From Candidatus Bathyarchaeia archaeon (GTDB lineage Archaea > Thermoproteota > Bathyarchaeia > 40CM-2-53-6): 24,000 bases of DNA. Below, one piece after another: positions 21,778 through 24,000 of the stretch. The notes under the pieces were generated by a model. That model was not told the origin of the DNA. It saw nothing but the letters and a program-made list of their open reading frames with translations, and made no database searches. The position numbers and the translations under genes are program-made. Position 1 is the first letter of the stretch. Each line of letters begins with the position of its first letter. Where the stretch lies: NCBI GenBank assembly GCA_050013255.1, contig JBEKFP010000001.1, forward strand, positions 695,048 through 719,047, read 5' to 3'.

Positions 21778-24000
21778 ATGGAGAGCAAAGAAATAGTTCC
21801 CAAGTCATATCATTTCACAGATCCAACTCAAGAATGGATCTACAAGAAACTGCTACTTCTAGTAGGCCCTGGTCCAGCCTTATTCTATCAAGATGCTTGT
21901 TCCATCATGGCAGAGTCTATTGCTCTTCAATCAACAACCCACTTAGTGGGGCATCTCCTTCGCGAGATCGAGAGTGCGCTCCGGGATGTGTTGGAGCCGA
22001 TAGTGGTACATATCACTCCTGCGCACGATAAAGACGAATCTGCCAAACACAAGGCCGAGATACTCGCAATTCTTAGCTACTTGGACATACCGGACTCTGA
22101 TCCCATCGCAGTTGCGTGGATGAAGCTAGCCGGTAGAGGATCAGACTATGCTCTTCACGCGCGAGCCCATCGCAGAGATCTCTCAGCACCGCGTCCGATT
22201 GATCAGGACTTTGTTCGCTTTTGGGATGATACTCAGATGATCCTAAAAATTGTACTCGACAAATTTGAGACGCATTATGCGTCCGTATTTGACATCCTAG
22301 ACAAGACACTCGTTACGAGTAGTCCGAGTATTGCTGACATAAAACAACTCCGAGCGCATGTACCCAATAACATGGTCACATGGAGCTACTTTTTCGGCAG
22401 ACTTCAAAGCACAAAATGGCTGAGTCAGCTGAAACTGGCAGGATTCTTTGATGCTCCGCCTGATCCTCAACTTGATGACGAAAAGAAAACGATCAGGATG
22501 ATACTATGGCCTCAGTCACAATATTTGGCCAGGATAGCATCAGAGAGCCCAGTTGAGGTTGTTAAAATTATCCTCGATATACCAGAAACAGAGAATCTCT
22601 TTGTTCATTCTGACCTTGTTGACGCAGCTCTAGCGATGCCACCGGTCCTCGCAGCAGAATGGGCAAAGAAGGAAATAGACTGGATCGAGAAGCGCGATAG
22701 GATCAACTTCCTGTTACCACAGAAGCTAGGCGAGTTGATCGGACATCTGGCAAGAGGCAAACAAGCCGATGCAGCCCTTGAGCTAACCAGATCTTTGCTA
22801 GGCACATTCTCCTCGGAGGATGAGAGAAAAGGTATTTCTCCGTTGGAGCCACAAGCTCGACTTGATACATGGCATTACGCGCAAATCCTCCAGACGGCAG
22901 TTTTGGACCTTATAGCAGCAGCGGGAGAAAAAGCGCTCGTCCTGTTCTGCGAGCTCCTCGAATCGGCAATTCAGACGTATGTAAAAAGTAGCGGTCCTGA
23001 GGATTACTCCTATCTGTGGAGGCCAGCGGTCGAAGACAGTGAACAGAACCTTCTCTCAGATCCGAAGGAATTGTTGGTGTCCGCTGTTCGCGATTCAGCA
23101 TTTCAGATTATCAAAATGGACTTGATACGCCTGCCGGCGATTGTAGGTCAATTAGAGAAACGAAAATGGCTGATTTTCCAACGCATAGCTCTTCACCTAT
23201 TGCGGACATTTCCATCTGGCTATGATACTCTGATCGCAGAGTGGCTCGCAGATCAACTCAAGTTCGGTAACCTTGGCCTTTGGCATGAATACTCGCTACT
23301 TGCCCAAGATCATTTTGGTGACCTGTCCCTTGAGGACCAAGACAAGATCCTCAAATGGATTGGCGATGGCCCTGATGTCAAGAAATTCAATGCTATGGAA
23401 GGAAACCGCACAGGCAAGGCTCCATCTAAAGAAGAGATCGAGCATTATGTGAAGCGTTGGCGGTTGACATATTTAGCATCCATTCATAGTTCATTGCCAG
23501 AAAAGTGGATAACTCGTTACGATGAATTGAAGAAGGAGCTAGGCGAACCAGAACATCCGGAATTCTTGATATACAGTGGTGGGGGTTTCGGCCCTACAAG
23601 TCCAAAGAACGCCCAAGAATTGCAGTTGATGAGTGCCGCGGAAATCGTGAGTTTTTTGAAGACTTGGCATCCTAATGGCGGATTTCTTGCATCTTCTCCA
23701 GAGGGCCTTGGACGTGTATTGTCTGGAATTGTGTCTTCAAATCCAGCCCGTTTCGCGGAGGTAACTAACCTATTCCGAGAGATTGAACCAACCTACGTTC
23801 GGGCTTTACTCACAGGTCTCCGTGAAGCGGTTAAGCAGAAGCATTCCTTTGCTTGGGCTACAATTCTTGAGCTTTGCCAATGGGTAATGGAACAACCTCG
23901 CACCATTACGGATCGAAAGGATAATTTCGAGTCCGACATGGGTTGGGTATGGACGAGGAAGACTATCGCCGATCTGCTCTCCGCAGGTTTTGAAACTGGT
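21778..24000 (+). CDS. Large uncharacterised alpha-helical protein, first 741 codons (runs off the window end; absent from ORF track)
   Basis: ATG 21778 is preceded by GGAG and is the first start after the in-frame TAG at 21697. I translated all 741 codons by hand without a stop (MESKEIVPKSYHFTDPTQEWIYKKLLLLVGPGP ... ADLLSAGFETG). There is no P-loop. A Leu/Trp-rich helical repeat character runs throughout. The N-terminal ~190 aa contains R120-x6-H127 (RGSDYALH). Confidence 0.75.
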   Translation, partial: MESKEIVPKSYHFTDPTQEWIYKKLLLLVGPGPALFYQDACSIMAESIALQSTTHLVGHLLREIESALRDVLEPIVVHITPAHDKDESAKHKAEILAILSYLDIPDSDPIAVAWMKLAGRGSDYALHARAHRRDLSAPRPIDQDFVRFWDDTQMILKIVLDKFETHYASVFDILDKTLVTSSPSIADIKQLRAHVPNNMVTWSYFFGRLQSTKWLSQLKLAGFFDAPPDPQLDDEKKTIRMILWPQSQYLARIASESPVEVVKIILDIPETENLFVHSDLVDAALAMPPVLAAEWAKKEIDWIEKRDRINFLLPQKLGELIGHLARGKQADAALELTRSLLGTFSSEDERKGISPLEPQARLDTWHYAQILQTAVLDLIAAAGEKALVLFCELLESAIQTYVKSSGPEDYSYLWRPAVEDSEQNLLSDPKELLVSAVRDSAFQIIKMDLIRLPAIVGQLEKRKWLIFQRIALHLLRTFPSGYDTLIAEWLADQLKFGNLGLWHEYSLLAQDHFGDLSLEDQDKILKWIGDGPDVKKFNAMEGNRTGKAPSKEEIEHYVKRWRLTYLASIHSSLPEKWITRYDELKKELGEPEHPEFLIYSGGGFGPTSPKNAQELQLMSAAEIVSFLKTWHPNGGFLASSPEGLGRVLSGIVSSNPARFAEVTNLFREIEPTYVRALLTGLREAVKQKHSFAWATILELCQWVMEQPRTITDRKDNFESDMGWVWTRKTIADLLSAGFETG

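Overview
Archaeal chromosomal window. A family-D DNA polymerase large subunit, an Elf1 homologue, Orc1/Cdc6 and F420 genes (cofD/cofC) together suggest a PolD-bearing TACK-type archaeon; the lineage is inference only. At the left end an edge-truncated orc1/cdc6 (1..369, minus) faces about 550 nt of non-coding DNA. That stretch has three ORB-like boxes in inverted arrangement around an AT-rich core, so it is a probable oriC. Next come small wHTH and membrane proteins, elf1, polC (DP2), wHTH regulators, a PAC2 proteasome-assembly chaperone, an unlisted TRASH-like mini-ORF plus ArsR, an ECF-S-like permease, cofD-cofC, glyA, an SDR and a GNAT. Top finding: glyA is interrupted by exactly 34 nt (11070..11103) that fold by hand into a canonical bulge-helix-bulge splice motif. 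Cutting at the canonical bulge positions restores the conserved YAEG(W/Y) block, which makes this a candidate archaeal mRNA intron in a metabolic gene. The 13.7-19.3 kb stretch is a surface/signalling cluster. It holds two divergently oriented paralogous membrane receptors whose cytoplasmic KaiC/RecA-like domains lack the Walker A GK[ST], a YczE-like permease, a PEF-CTERM secreted protein plus an orphan duplicate of its sorting tail, and a frameshifted tail-fibre-like gene. From about 19.3 kb the sampled G+C drops and the content changes to an uncharacterised island. The island carries a divergent Orc1/Cdc6-like AAA+ ATPase with a C-terminal winged helix, ORB-like ACGTGGAAA repeats upstream of it, a small ORF, and an edge-truncated helical protein of more than 741 codons (not in the ORF track) with a possible HEPN-like N-terminus. 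It could be a captured replicon module or a novel defence-type module. Three apparent 1-nt homopolymer indels, two of them at the same pentamer CGAGG, argue for checking read-level accuracy. I found no rRNA, tRNA or CRISPR array.
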